Source of the DNA: an uncultured Nitrososphaeraceae archaeon
GTDB lineage: Archaea; Thermoproteota; Nitrososphaeria; Nitrososphaerales; Nitrososphaeraceae
Assembly: GCA_963765895.1 (NCBI GenBank)
Contig: CAVXZB010000027.1
Span: 1-57,002, forward strand
Direction: 5' to 3'
DNA: 57,002 nt
A model generated the notes under the pieces. It was not told the DNA's origin, did no database searches, and saw only the letters and a list, made by a program, of their open reading frames with translations. Numbering within the stretch: the stretch's first letter is position 1; each line of letters begins with the position of its first letter. Made by a program: the position numbers and the translations under genes. Shown in pieces: positions 1 to 11,596 of the stretch.

Positions 1-483
1 ATGGAACTTTGAGTGAACAATGGAAACTAATCCAATCAGAGAGATGGTTCAATCCTGATTTTGAGAATTTCATAAACAAAGAGGTAGAGCCAAAACCAGA
101 GACTAAATCGATATAATCTATTTATTAGTTCTTTGAGAATACGAACTTATGAAAGTCTTGACTTGCAATGACTAGTAAAAGATAGAGGAGTTGTCGATTA
201 ATTATTATAAAAGCTTCATAATCTTTATTCAACCTTTACTGTTTTATATAGTCATCATACTTGCACTACCACATTAGCTCCCCGGAGTTATCCAGCCTGG
301 CAAGGACCGTTTATCCTCTAAATCTAGATCATATTATGGCTCTTCGTTACCACGCCTTACTAGGCAGGCAGACAAACCACTTACATTTTGGAGATATGCA
401 GTTATTATAAAATTGGCCCTAGGCAAATTGCTAATACAAGAGCACCTAAAAACTAAGTATAATTAGATCACGTAAATGATCTT

Positions 484-1095
484 TCATTGCTCGCAAATTT
501 TTTCCTTTCTTATTCCTTCTCTTCTAATCCAATCTTCTTCATATTTTCTTGCAGATGAGGTTTTAGGAACACCATCGAATGAGATAACTGGATCTGGTCG
601 CCATACACACGCAACCTCTACACCCTTCCTATAAATAGGATCCTTAGATGCAAGAATATCTATCCTCTCAGTAAATATCGAATTTCTCATCTCTCTTGTG
701 ATTGGCCTAGATTGGGACTTTAATGCTAGTATCTTTGCAGTTTCTAAACAACCCGTCCAAAGTCTAAGTGAGAAGTTTAATTTATATTTCTCATCAATTT
801 CGATTTGTAGACATTGTATGAAACACTCTAGCAATATTTGTTTTCTCAGAGGGTCATAATTTTCGATTGGTGGATGAATTGATTGTCTTTCAGAATCTGT
901 AGGTTCGCGCCCATGCAGAACTTTAAATGCGTCAACATCCTTTTCGAATTCTTTTCCAATACATGATTCAATCATATCTATTATGTCGATTAGCTTCTCT
1001 CTATCCACTTCTAGGCTTGCTGGTATCGATTCAGGTTCGGGATAATCAAAAGCCCAACTGTAGAGAGTGTTCGTATTCGCATCCGACATGAGCAT
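484..1095 (-). CDS. hypothetical protein (203 aa)
   Basis: Long intact ORF with protein-like composition; no motif recognised. Confidence 0.6.
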   Translation of the reverse strand: MLMSDANTNTLYSWAFDYPEPESIPASLEVDREKLIDIIDMIESCIGKEFEKDVDAFKVLHGREPTDSERQSIHPPIENYDPLRKQILLECFIQCLQIEIDEKYKLNFSLRLWTGCLETAKILALKSQSRPITREMRNSIFTERIDILASKDPIYRKGVEVACVWRPDPVISFDGVPKTSSARKYEEDWIRREGIRKEKICEQ

Positions 1096-1161
1096 TGAAT
1101 GTAATCATTCATTTAATATATTTTAGCGCAAATAGAATTTGAAAAAGGGTAATAGTAGAAA

Positions 1162-1414
1162 CTAACTTGAATTTTCCTTGATATACTCGATAGTTTTCAG
1201 TCCATGTTCCTTTACGCCATCGCTTATGCTAAATAGGCCAATAACCTCGTTTATGGCCTCAATCGCCAGCTCTCCGAAAGTTGTTAGTGTATCGATTGCC
1301 CCAGTCTGAACAGCCGCATCACTAGAGCTATATACTGTGTTTTACTCTAGTGATTGCTTCTTCATTCTTGCTTGGGATTGACAAAACGCTTCTTACCTCA
1401 CATATACTCGACAT
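1162..1414 (-). pseudogene. small helical hypothetical protein, one frameshift
   Basis: Manual translation MSSICEVRSVL...ITRVK / VYSSSDAAVQTGAIDTLTTFGELAIEAINEVIG...ENSS*. Confidence 0.35.
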
Positions 1415-1512
1415 AGGCTAACTATATTAGAGTTATATAGATTTTATGGCAGGTTATGTCAATAATTTGTGATTTAATAGAATGTTATTATCATTAACTT
1501 AAACCAACACAA

Positions 1513-1773
1513 ATGGAAGATATATATCGAATAGTATGCAATATTTATGATAACATGAAGAGCTTTAACGATTGGTGGGGGACTATTCCAGAAGATCTTC
1601 GATATAAGTCACGTAAGGGAGATGAAGCAAACAAACCATTGCTAAACCAGGTTAACTATGTCCTTTTAAATCTCCATATGGCTGGAAAGCATGATGCAAA
1701 GCCAACTCATGAAGAGCTAAGAGATTGGCTGCACAGCGGTCAAGTAGATGTCCTTAGAATAAGTGCGAAATAG
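1513..1773 (+). CDS. small hypothetical protein
   Basis: 86-aa ORF; probable true start at the internal MKSFNDWW. Confidence 0.5.
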   Translation: MEDIYRIVCNIYDNMKSFNDWWGTIPEDLRYKSRKGDEANKPLLNQVNYVLLNLHMAGKHDAKPTHEELRDWLHSGQVDVLRISAK

Positions 1774-2025
1774 CAGCAGAAAAAATTTATTAGCGGTTGC
1801 ACCGGCAAGATATATCTTCCTACCAGCAATACCGAGGAACAAATAAAGCATAATGGTATTAGCTTTAATTCTATGCCAATGATGATCTAATTAGTTAGTT
1901 GATAATTTTGTTCCTATAAAGCTGCCTCATAATATGGATCTTTATGTATATACTAATGTAGTAGTGCATGAACCTAATTTTGCAAATTGTATAATGTGTT
2001 GACCATAATAAAATCAAAGCCAATT

Positions 2026-2276
2026 ATGCAAAATTTCTATAAAATAGAATTGATATAATTAACTCAGTCCTAAATACTGCCTATGGTAACGAAGTGAAAC
2101 AAATAGAAATCCTAATTAAAGCAAATATTTCAAGTAATATTTAAAGAGTATTTATCATTATTACTAGAGTCTGGTTTAATAGAATTAGACGACACGCTGA
2201 TACTTATAGAACTACTGAAAAAGGAATTCAATTTATAGATATTTACGAGAAAATAAAGACTGTAATTGACGAATAG
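2026..2276 (+). pseudogene. ArnR1-like winged-helix regulator (HTH_45-like), frameshifted
   Basis: Fragments RIDIINSVL..KANIS / FKEYLSLLLESGLIE / YRTTEKGIQFIDIY match the archaeal wHTH pattern; absent from ORF track. Confidence 0.65.
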
Positions 2277-2501
2277 ATTTCTATTTATCAATCTTTAATT
2301 CTACGCCTTATGTTATCGAGATTAGGGAAGATCGGAGCAGTTGATGCTGACGGGGCAAGTAATATTTGGGACGAAACAAAAAGTTGTAGTTGAGCAATGA
2401 CGTTTGTAAAGCAATTAGGAAGGGAGCGAGTCCATCAGTCAGTATCATCTACCAATCATTAATTACGATATCGTGCAGTTTATATTTGAATCATATCATC
2501 T

Positions 2502-3077
2502 ATGGATACTGAGGTAACTGGCACTTCTTCAGAAATTGCAGAGCAACTACCCACAATAGCACATGGAAATCATATTGTGCTGATATACCCTAACCTATAT
2601 TCACTTAGAGAGATCTATTCTCGGTATTGCAAAACTGCACTTGAAAATAATGAAGTAATTTTGTTACTTACATATTATGAGACTATTGATTGCGTTAGAC
2701 AAACCTTAAAAGAGTTTGGTATCGATACGGAAAAATATGAAAAAGAAAGGTCATTAATGATAGTTCAAGACATAACAAGAACATACTTTGGTTCTGCAGA
2801 TGATTTTCTATTCTTTATTAAGATATTTGATAAGCACCAAGAAAAACGAGGTAGAAATGGTATTTCAGTATTTGCAGATATGGGTGTATCTTTCCATCAT
2901 CCGCAAAATGATAAAAAGGATTTAGTAGTAGAATTTGAGAGATCACTGGGATCAAAATTTGATACTAAACTGAAAAGATTCTGCAACTATCATAAAAAAG
3001 ATTTTGACAGATTTGAAGAACATGAGAAGGACAATTTATTAAAGGCACACCATATAAAAATAAATGTGCTTTCTTAA
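2502..3077 (+). CDS. MEDS-domain sensor protein
   Basis: HIVLIY...YCKTALENNE...FADMG...EFERSL...FCNYHKKDF pattern of thaumarchaeal MEDS proteins. Confidence 0.75.
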   Translation: MDTEVTGTSSEIAEQLPTIAHGNHIVLIYPNLYSLREIYSRYCKTALENNEVILLLTYYETIDCVRQTLKEFGIDTEKYEKERSLMIVQDITRTYFGSADDFLFFIKIFDKHQEKRGRNGISVFADMGVSFHHPQNDKKDLVVEFERSLGSKFDTKLKRFCNYHKKDFDRFEEHEKDNLLKAHHIKINVLS

Positions 3078-3271
3078 TAATGAAGGGCCCAACAAGCTCT
3101 TATTGTGATATAGAAGATAGTAAGCGTAAGTGTAAATGTAGATGTGAATGTAAAAACAATATATTTTGTTCAAAGGCACTTCCACATAGACCGAAAACAA
3201 ATTCGATATAATGTCGATTACTGAGAATGCTTGCTTGCTAATCATATAATAAGAGAGAATATGATAACTAT

Positions 3272-3673
3272 ATGACTATATCCAATATGACAGTCCAAAC
3301 ACCTAAAATAATAATTATTGAGGATGATAGAGAGGTTAGTTCGCTTATTACTGCGGTTTGTAGATTAAATGGATATGACACCTACATGGCTTTTAGTGCA
3401 GCAGAATGCTTGCAGCAATTAGGGGAAATGCATAATCAAGTAGACGTAGTTTATATCAATGGCACAATAGCAGCTGATAAAGGTGTGATGTTAATATCTA
3501 AAGTTAAACAGATTGACCTTAACATCAAGATATTAGTGGTTGCAAATGATGATAGCGCAAGAAATATTATCCTAGAATATGGCGCAGACGATTTCTTAAT
3601 TAAACCAGTCAGCGTTGAGACTATACTTAGCAAGATAAGTATGCTTTTACTTGTTAAAATTCGTAATATCTAA
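3272..3673 (+). CDS. stand-alone response-regulator receiver domain (phospho-Asp apparently replaced by Asn, VVYING)
   Basis: IIIIEDD...GADDFLIKP receiver motifs. Confidence 0.8.
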   Translation: MTISNMTVQTPKIIIIEDDREVSSLITAVCRLNGYDTYMAFSAAECLQQLGEMHNQVDVVYINGTIAADKGVMLISKVKQIDLNIKILVVANDDSARNIILEYGADDFLIKPVSVETILSKISMLLLVKIRNI

Positions 3674-4070
3674 AGTTCCCTTACATAGAGTTTTAAATTG
3701 ACCCCCCAGTGTTATGTTATGAAGCTCAAATAATGCTTTCATTCTCTTAAATTTGATAGCAATATCTTATCTTGATTGGAACCTATTGCTATACACATTC
3801 ACATGTTGTAATATCGTAGAGCCAAACCATCAGCCTAAAAAAAGGATTCTGCGACTACTAAACCAGCTGTCTTCTTAACCCATAAATGCTTAAGGTTTTT
3901 AGCTACTGTATAGTTCACAAAAAAGATAGGTTCAGGGACTAACAAGACAGTCCAGACATAATATAAACTAGTGAATAAGATAAAATCAAGATACGATTAT
4001 GCGAGAGCAGTTACTAGCTAAAAATACTACGATAAGTAAGAAAAGAAGGATATTTAGAAATTGGTTTAAT

Positions 4071-5115
4071 CTAGTTATTATCTATTAGTTGAGCCCAATT
4101 TATGTTAGTATGTCTATGCATTAATTTCTTTGCATTATTTATAATATTGGCCGTGTCTGGATCTTTTCTTATTAACTCAGCTAGTTCATTTTCATTTTCA
4201 ACTGCAAGGCAGTTATAATTTTCCTTAAAATCACTATACTTATTTGCAATGCCTTCAAGCCAACTTCGGTAAAGAATTAGAGCGCAGTTATTATGTATGG
4301 CTTCAAGGAATGTATATTGAGTGCCACCACCATCATGTTTGACTACTGATAAATCAACTACAAATTTTGCCCCGGCAATAATTTGAGAAAGAGATCTAAA
4401 TGACCTTTCAAATTTACCATAATAAAATTTATTAAAATCACCTTTTTTACCTCCTAGATAACGATAAACATAAATCGGTGTTGGACAGCCATACAATTTG
4501 ATACTTTGCTGAGGACCTCAGAGCCTATTTGCCTTAAGTATTATATCTGTATTTTTTCTGAATCCTATTCTAGAAATAGAAACCGCACCAACCTTAGGAT
4601 TTTTTGAAATTATAGGATATGGATAAAATGGATGATAAAGAAAGACCGAATTTAAATTATACTTTTGTATTAAAAAGTCTTGAACCGTCTTCCTGATTGT
4701 TACTATCTTGTAATTTCTTATAACTGGGATCATCCGGTCTGAAATGTCTCTAGGGTCATTGAATTACTAGCACAATATTGTCTAGCCTGCTTCTAGTATC
4801 ATTTAGTTTTAACAACACATCATAATAATCATCCTTGACTACAGTCAAAAATGGATATTTTATAGAAGCAATCGAATCCTTTGATATATTACGATAACGT
4901 AATCCATACCCAAAATCCCGTAGTATGGATTCTGATTTGCAACTTGGATGTAGCAATAATTTATTCTTTTTATGAGCTACTAATCCTAATTTATAAAAAA
5001 GATGGGCTGCGAATGTAGTGACCCCTCCAAAAAAGAATCTATGAAGGTATAGAAATTGTGTGTTTTCGTTCAGTGTTCTCATAGGAGGAGAAGGTGATGT
5101 TATACTGAAGCTCAA
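4071..5115 (-). pseudogene. GT-B glycosyltransferase, split into three ORFs
   Basis: GGVTTF near N-term, SISRIGFRKNTDII, DGGGTQYTFLEA...ENENELAELI across fragments 4756-5115, 4518-4733, 4071-4496. Confidence 0.65.
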
Positions 5116-5873
5116 AGTCCTCTTCTAGTCATGATAATAGATATTGCAATTATTATCATTTTCCTTCTAATTTTGCCTTAGTCTTAATTGAAATAACATA
5201 GCCGGGGTTTTATCTACGTCTAATGCTTGTAATTGCTCGTAAAACTGATTATATCACCGACTGTCTATTTGTTGAACAATATGAGTGCCTGTTAGTCTAT
5301 TTTGAAATTGTTCATCCATTAAAGCTTGATAGAGTATTATTTTATTTTTATATAAATGGAAGTCTTTATCCGGCTATTGACCAAATTGTGATACTCTCAA
5401 TCAATAATAAGTCTATAATTGGTTCTAAGAACCGCGATATGTATTGTTTTTAACTTATAATAAGGATAAGGTTCACAATAATATTGGCATTCAAATTCGG
5501 TCGCTTGTTACCTGAATTCAATCTGCTAAATTCATCACAGGAGTATAGGTTGGATTCTGTGACACGGCCGCGTAAATTCGCAATGTTTCTTCTGAGTGAT
5601 TGTTACTCTACCATAAATATTAGATAGCGCGCTACTGGCCCTTAATTTAATTTTGATGCTATCATTTCCGTTGCTTCAGTGGCTTCCCGTCTTGCCTGTT
5701 TGTTTTAATATGCCATCATTACACTATGGATTCGATCTAATACGGATGATCTTCTACTATTATCTTTAGAATAATAAAAGTAGATTCTCATTGTGACCTG
5801 TCTTATCTAGTCAATAATGTTAGTCATGGAACCTTGAATATGTATAAAGTATAATGTATAACTGTGAACCTAT

Positions 5874-6575
5874 GTGAAATTAAGAGACATTACCAGGTAT
5901 CGGGTAATTGAAAGATACTTACGGCAAAGGTCTAAACAGACAAGACAAATTGATTCTTCCTCTTTTACTACTACGGATTCTAAAAATGAATTGGATTATT
6001 ATCATTTTGATCTTACCAAACCTCCAGAGATCTCTGACTACATTAAAAACAGATTTCTTCCCATATTCAGACAGTATAAGAATAACGCTAGACTAAACAC
6101 TCGCAGATTACGTATGTGGAGAGTTTCAATCATCGTTCTGACAATGTTTATGATAATATTTAATGTAATAGTTATATCAGGTAATAATAGCTCAAGTAAC
6201 AGATCCTCTTCAATCATTGCCATGGGAATTGTATCTTCTATTGCTGCTGCACTTATCCTTGGATTTACTGCATTTTTGCAATTGACTAAATCTCAAGAAA
6301 ACTGGCTTTTGTATAGCACGATATCTGAAAAACTAGAACGGGAATATAATCTGTTCAAGTTCAAAGGTGGTCCATATTCTTTATCTGCAACTAATGAACC
6401 AGATGATGCAAACAAAATTAATAAGTTATTTGTAGAAATCGTTGAAAATATTATTCTGACTCAAGGATCAGAACCTAGACCTACATATTCCTCTACGATT
6501 ACGACTGATACTATAACTACTACCAATCACCATGAGCCAACATCATCTCCGACAACAACTGCACAAGAGAAATAG
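5874..6575 (+). CDS. DUF4231 / SLATT-like two-TM protein
   Basis: Two TM helices followed by QENWLLYSTISEKLEREYNLF...PY...LFVEIVENII. Confidence 0.75.
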   Translation: MKLRDITRYRVIERYLRQRSKQTRQIDSSSFTTTDSKNELDYYHFDLTKPPEISDYIKNRFLPIFRQYKNNARLNTRRLRMWRVSIIVLTMFMIIFNVIVISGNNSSSNRSSSIIAMGIVSSIAAALILGFTAFLQLTKSQENWLLYSTISEKLEREYNLFKFKGGPYSLSATNEPDDANKINKLFVEIVENIILTQGSEPRPTYSSTITTDTITTTNHHEPTSSPTTTAQEK

Positions 6576-7015
6576 AAAAGAGACGTTTAGTTTTTAGATA
6601 GATGCAGATTAAATGATCCATGACTGAGCCAGTCCTTAAATTTGAAGGAAATATTTATCAATATAGAAAAAAAGTGCTCTAGCAGGACCAGCAAAAGTTG
6701 AGAGGGCATGAGAATGTGAAACAGAAAAATCAAGATGGTTAAGCTACTGTTCTCAGATGTTTGATTTTTTCGAGATAGATTCTTATTTCTATAGAATTCC
6801 TAATGCATGTATGGTAAAGAACTGGTGTAAAAAGACTCCCGCACATTTTAGATTTACCTGAGATTATGACATTATGAATTTCGCTCCACATAAAGACTTC
6901 ACTTGTTAATGGTATAAAGAAAGGAAAGCAGGTGATTAATAGCCTTATAATGCTATATTTTGATTAACTGACCATCTGATCCAGTTTCTCTAGCATTGTA
7001 AAGACGGATACGCCC

Positions 7016-7433
7016 TTATTGTGAATCTTCGGCTAGCTCTTTCTTTACTTTTATAACCAAGTCTTCTATGGTTAATGGCTTTGAAATAAAACGTTTTACT
7101 TCATCTAGAATCTCTTTTGTTTGGCTTCTTAAGCTCTCATTATACAATTCAGAAGCAGTAAGAAAACATATCTTTACTTTATTATCTAATTTCCGTATCT
7201 CTTTATACAAGTCATATCCATTCATTTTAGGCATATTAATATCAAGTATTACCAAAGAATAGTAGTTAGACTTAAAATTAGAGAGTGCTAATAGGATCAT
7301 TAAATGCATCAACCTTAAAACCCTCATCTTCCAGACCCATACTTAAAACTGAAGTGTTATTAGACTCGTTGTCGACAAGTAATAGTCTCGTCGTCGTAGT
7401 AGTAGCACTATTGTTATGGCTCACTACTATCAT
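7016..7433 (-). CDS. stand-alone receiver domain protein (one frameshift near 7290)
   Basis: RLLLVDNE...GFKVDAFNDP / LVILDINMPKMNG...FLTA...FISKP. Confidence 0.75.
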
Positions 7434-7497
7434 TTACTCCAATAGTAATAATATCGTTATTATTGCTACTAAACAATACATTTGTTATAGGTATCAA

Positions 7498-7909
7498 TTA
7501 TGAATTCAATTCTTCCTTTATTCGTTTTACCAACTCGTCTATATCGATGGGTTTTTGAATAAAGCATTCTACGTCAGAGTCTTCTTTTCCTTCTTTATTT
7601 TGATACTTTGCACTTGAACTACTGTGAGAGTTCTGTTTGAGCTCTTCGTGATATACATCAAATGCTGTGATAAAGCATATCTTAACTCTGTCATCTATCT
7701 TTCTTATCTCATGATATAGTTTAGATCCATCCATCTTTGGCATTTTATAGTCTATGAGCACAAAGTCATAGGTGCCGCTCTTAAAATCAGATAATGCTAG
7801 TAAGGGATCATTAAATGCATCAACTTTAAAACCATTATCCTGAAGACCCAGGGTATAAACAGTTGTAATATCAATTTCATCGTCTATTACTAGTATTCTT
7901 TTTTGACAT
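7498..7909 (-). CDS. stand-alone receiver domain protein (extra A in homopolymer just after start)
   Basis: RILVIDDE...DYKMPKMDG...FITA...FIQKP. Confidence 0.8.
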
Positions 7910-8302
7910 TTTGTTTACAGGGTTATTTTCCTTTCTCTTCTATATCCGCTTAGTCATTCCGAGATAATTGAATTACATGATGGCTTTTTTATCTGCTATA
8001 TGCCGCTAAAGCTACTTAGTTACTCATAAATGTAAGCTTTTATCGCCTTGTTGGGTATTTTGCAAGTTGAGAAGTGCCAAGCTAATTCAAGTCCAAGTAG
8101 AGTTACTACAAATCCTATTGCTGGATATATCAAATGTTCAAACACAAGTGTGGATTACATATGGTGCTTATTCTACTCTAGTAGACAATAATTTTGATAA
8201 ATAATAATTGTTGTTTATTTGCTGGAAGTAACAAAAATGCCTACATCGAGTTTGTAATTTATTATTCTGAGGTTAGCTGGATTTGATGATTTATTTCGAT
8301 GT

Positions 8303-8682
8303 GGAACATTATGCAGTTAATTAAATCTGACTTGCTAAAATAAAAGTGAAGCTATATGAGAAAATTGATTATTATCCTGGGTGGGTTGAATTCATAAATA
8401 CGGTATTATCTCTTCCATGATCTTTTGAATCATTATTTTGACAGATGATATTCGTTGTTAGATCATCATTTCCACAACTGTTTTGTTGCGTGCTTGTTCT
8501 GGAGCTTTTGCTTGATGCATATGCATCGTGGATTGTCATAATTGCTATTATTCCAATAAACAAGGCCGTTAATACTAGACTGCCTATCACTGTGTTTTTG
8601 TTGTTCATAATTCTAGAAATTTGTTAGATTTCGTATGTATATTTCATTTAGGAACATTAATGCAGTTAATTAAATCTGACTT
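8303..8682 (+). repeat. ~31-bp direct repeat pair (8303-8333, 8651-8682) bracketing a small secreted gene
   Basis: GGAACATTA(A)TGCAGTTAATTAAATCTGACTT in both copies. Confidence 0.85.
8372..8608 (-). CDS. small secreted protein
   Basis: Signal peptide ending in AYA; QQNSCGN...NIICQN. Confidence 0.65.
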   Translation of the reverse strand: MNNKNTVIGSLVLTALFIGIIAIMTIHDAYASSKSSRTSTQQNSCGNDDLTTNIICQNNDSKDHGRDNTVFMNSTHPG

Positions 8683-9016
8683 ATCTTCAATAAAGTGAGT
8701 AGAATATAACGTTATAGAAAAGATTTCATCCTAATGGCCTCATTTAATAGTAGTGTCATGCTTTTTTTTGCCAAATAATTTATTTGTAGATTATTCTTGT
8801 TACCTCTATGTCATTTGAGTTAAATACGTTAATGGTCTTGATTTACGAAGCTTTTTGTAATTATTATAGACAGACTAGATACTTCGCAGCGAGAGGTAAA
8901 GATAAGGCGATTTAATGCCGTCGCCCCGGAATGATTAGTTTTATCAGTATGCCATCTTTTCAAATTAAGAAATCTCCTTCTTTTATTCATCCGTCCAGTA
9001 TCCATATTAACAATAA

Positions 9017-9424
9017 TTATTCGCGCCCACCATACATTATTCGGTCTATATGTTCTAAGAGCTCTTCATTTGTTATAGGCTTGCGAATAAAACAGTTGGC
9101 AGGAAGTGAAGAAAATATGTCAGAATATGCCCCAGAATACATCTCTCCAGCTGTAAGAAAGCATATTTTCAACTTCTTATCAAGTCTCTTAATCTCTCTA
9201 TATAATGAAAAACCACTCATTTTGGGCATCTTAATGTCAAGAATTAACAGATCGTAGTAATGAGGTTTGAAGTTTTCTAAAGCAAGAAGCGGATTCTCAT
9301 ATGAGTCAACGATAAAACCGTTTTTCTCTAGCACTTTACGTAACATTATATTAACGTCAGGTTCATCATCGATAACTAGAATCCTTTTTGACATTTCTAT
9401 TACCTTGCTTATATATGCAAGCAT
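9017..9424 (-). CDS. stand-alone receiver domain protein
   Basis: MSKRILVIDDE...LDIKMPKMSG...FLTA...FIRKP. Confidence 0.9.
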   Translation of the reverse strand: MLAYISKVIEMSKRILVIDDEPDVNIMLRKVLEKNGFIVDSYENPLLALENFKPHYYDLLILDIKMPKMSGFSLYREIKRLDKKLKICFLTAGEMYSGAYSDIFSSLPANCFIRKPITNEELLEHIDRIMYGGRE

Positions 9425-9426
9425 TT

Positions 9427-9691
9427 TTGATTATTTCAGAAATTATTCAAAAGTTGAGGACAACAAAGGTGAGGCAATGTAAAGGCAAGTATTATGATGA
9501 TGGTAAATTTTGCGCTGTCGGAGCAGTAATGCATGAGATATAGTTGGAATGGTGAAAGGGAAATGTGTACCTCAAGCAGGGAACATGTATCAGTATTTCA
9601 TGAAGATACTTTAAAAATAATAATCGCCCTAAACGATTTTGATGGAAAACATTTTTCTGAAATAGCAGACTCGCTAGAAAAAACGTATTAG
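9427..9691 (+). pseudogene. small virus-like protein, one frameshift
   Basis: MIISEIIQKLRTTKVRQCKGKYYDDGKFCAVGAV.../...IIALNDFDGKHFSEIADSLEKTY*; the Q-x-G..C-x-x-G / ND..F-x-EIAD-x-(L/I)E pattern is common in phage proteins. Confidence 0.5.
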
Positions 9692-9708
9692 CAGACAGGA
9701 TCTGATCG

Positions 9709-10101
9709 ATGATGGTTGATTTTCAATTAACATATGGAATGAAAAATGATGATCTGCTTAAAGAGATTCTAACGCGTGGAGTAAATAAAGATGATTTGCA
9801 TAAACGGATACACGAAAATTTATTTTTAAATTTGTTTAATGGATTTCCTCATAGACATGAATTAATAGATTCTAATATGCTTGGATATACGATTGTCTCC
9901 AGCGAGAATACCCCATGTACTAACGCTGCAAATCACATCAAGAACTGGGATTATAAGTGGATGTCTAAGAAATGTGTAACTCGTGAAGTAATAGCTGTTG
10001 ACAGGGCTAACAATTATGCGGTTATACAACATAATATATATCAGACACGTATCTGTGATGTGTGTCTTAGGGCATATATTTCCTCACTTCATCCAAACTA
10101 G
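9709..10101 (+). CDS. hypothetical protein
   Basis: 130-aa ORF with C-terminal CxxC. Confidence 0.5.
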   Translation: MMVDFQLTYGMKNDDLLKEILTRGVNKDDLHKRIHENLFLNLFNGFPHRHELIDSNMLGYTIVSSENTPCTNAANHIKNWDYKWMSKKCVTREVIAVDRANNYAVIQHNIYQTRICDVCLRAYISSLHPN

Positions 10102-10158
10102 GACGAGATTCTTTATTCCCCCAGTTATATTCTGTGTGGAATAAACAGCGATGATGAA

Positions 10159-10605
10159 ATGTACTTTCTGCATCCACTGTTTCGTGTGCCTGAAGAATTG
10201 ATAAATCAAGCTAGGAATCACAGCGACGTTATGTCTATAGTCAAGTGGTGCAACAAAGAAGACATGGGATTTGAAGGACGCATTCAAGGGGATATTATTT
10301 TTGCAGAGGTTGAACTAAGAATATCGGAAATATTAGCTCACAAAGATTACATAGACGAAGTGATTTATGAATTTACGATAGGTAAAAATACTAAAATGCG
10401 TACTGCGCTGAGTTTGCATACACATCCGGGGGAAAAATTTATGGCATGTGATTGGCAGCATGATTTGAAAAGTTTGATTAATTACATCAAGACTCATTCC
10501 GAGCGACAAGATGCAACCATCGGTAATAGGCATGAACTGAAAACTGACGGCATCATAACAGGAATACTAAACGAGACATTGCCATCTGAAATGGATATAT
10601 GGTAA
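10159..10605 (+). CDS. hypothetical protein
   Basis: 148-aa ORF co-oriented with upstream genes. Confidence 0.5.
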   Translation: MYFLHPLFRVPEELINQARNHSDVMSIVKWCNKEDMGFEGRIQGDIIFAEVELRISEILAHKDYIDEVIYEFTIGKNTKMRTALSLHTHPGEKFMACDWQHDLKSLINYIKTHSERQDATIGNRHELKTDGIITGILNETLPSEMDIW

Positions 10606-10881
10606 TCCGTCGACTTGTTTAACACATCTGTGATCCTTGGTTCAGAACTTGTCATGCATCACCCTGAGCATCCTACTGTCAATAAGCAAATACCGGCAGG
10701 CAAGGCATTCCTACTATCTATGCGAGCGAGGGTCTACCAATAGGGCAATAAACGATTGAATGGATGATTAAGTTAGCGAAATTAAGCATCGATTATTTGA
10801 TGTTTCATTGAAATGGCACTAGCAATTGCTTTTTATATACAATTCCCGATGATATTCTTTATCTGATGTTAGGACAGTCAA

Positions 10882-11262
10882 ATGCAAGCTAAATCCTCTT
10901 TAAGATATATTTTGGCATACGATGCAGATTGCGGTTCATGTACTAGATTTATGCACGTAGTTGATTTTCTTGACAAATATGAAAAAATAGATTTTATCTC
11001 ATTAACTAGAGCTGATCAACAAGGTCTGCTTGATAAAATTTCTGCTCCTCTACGTTACAAGTCATTTCATCTTCTCTTCCCAGACGGACAAGCAAAAAGT
11101 GGATCTGAAGCCCTTCTTGATTTGATAGCAATACTACCTCTAGGGAGGGTAATATCTCTAATAATTAATTATTTTCCTGGATGTAAGCAGATTATGAGAT
11201 TTATTTATAGTAGATTTTCAAGACTACACAATACGGGCTCATGCAATGTTAATAATACGTGA
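10882..11262 (+). CDS. DCC1-like thiol-disulfide oxidoreductase (DUF393)
   Basis: N-terminal YDADCGSC (DxxCxxC), GSEAL, terminal Cys. Confidence 0.85.
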   Translation: MQAKSSLRYILAYDADCGSCTRFMHVVDFLDKYEKIDFISLTRADQQGLLDKISAPLRYKSFHLLFPDGQAKSGSEALLDLIAILPLGRVISLIINYFPGCKQIMRFIYSRFSRLHNTGSCNVNNT

Positions 11263-11353
11263 TGCTTTATTACAAACTGATACCTTTAGCTTGTATAATA
11301 AAAATTGGTCCTGTTAACTTTACAGGCCCTATGAAGTGTTGTTAACTGTAGGG

Positions 11354-11596
11354 TCATATACCAACATTCGTGAATCTTTGATAATGTGAACTATCGGGAT
11401 CAATTACTTCGAATGTATCCTCTATCGTTTTGAAAGGTTCTTTCTTTCCATCTTCGAATGTATTCCATACCATCATTCTTACTTTGTATACACCTAGTGG
11501 CGCAAATTCCGGTATTTCCCAACTCCATACTTTCCAATCCGTTCTAATCTTTCCGTCTAACTTGCCTTTTTCACTCCAATTTGTCGTTGGCGTCAA
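11354..11596 (-). pseudogene. 5'-truncated fragment of a beta-sandwich-like protein
   Basis: WSWEIPEFAPLGVYKVRMMVW...DTFEV; stop codon lies inside the left inverted repeat. Confidence 0.45.
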
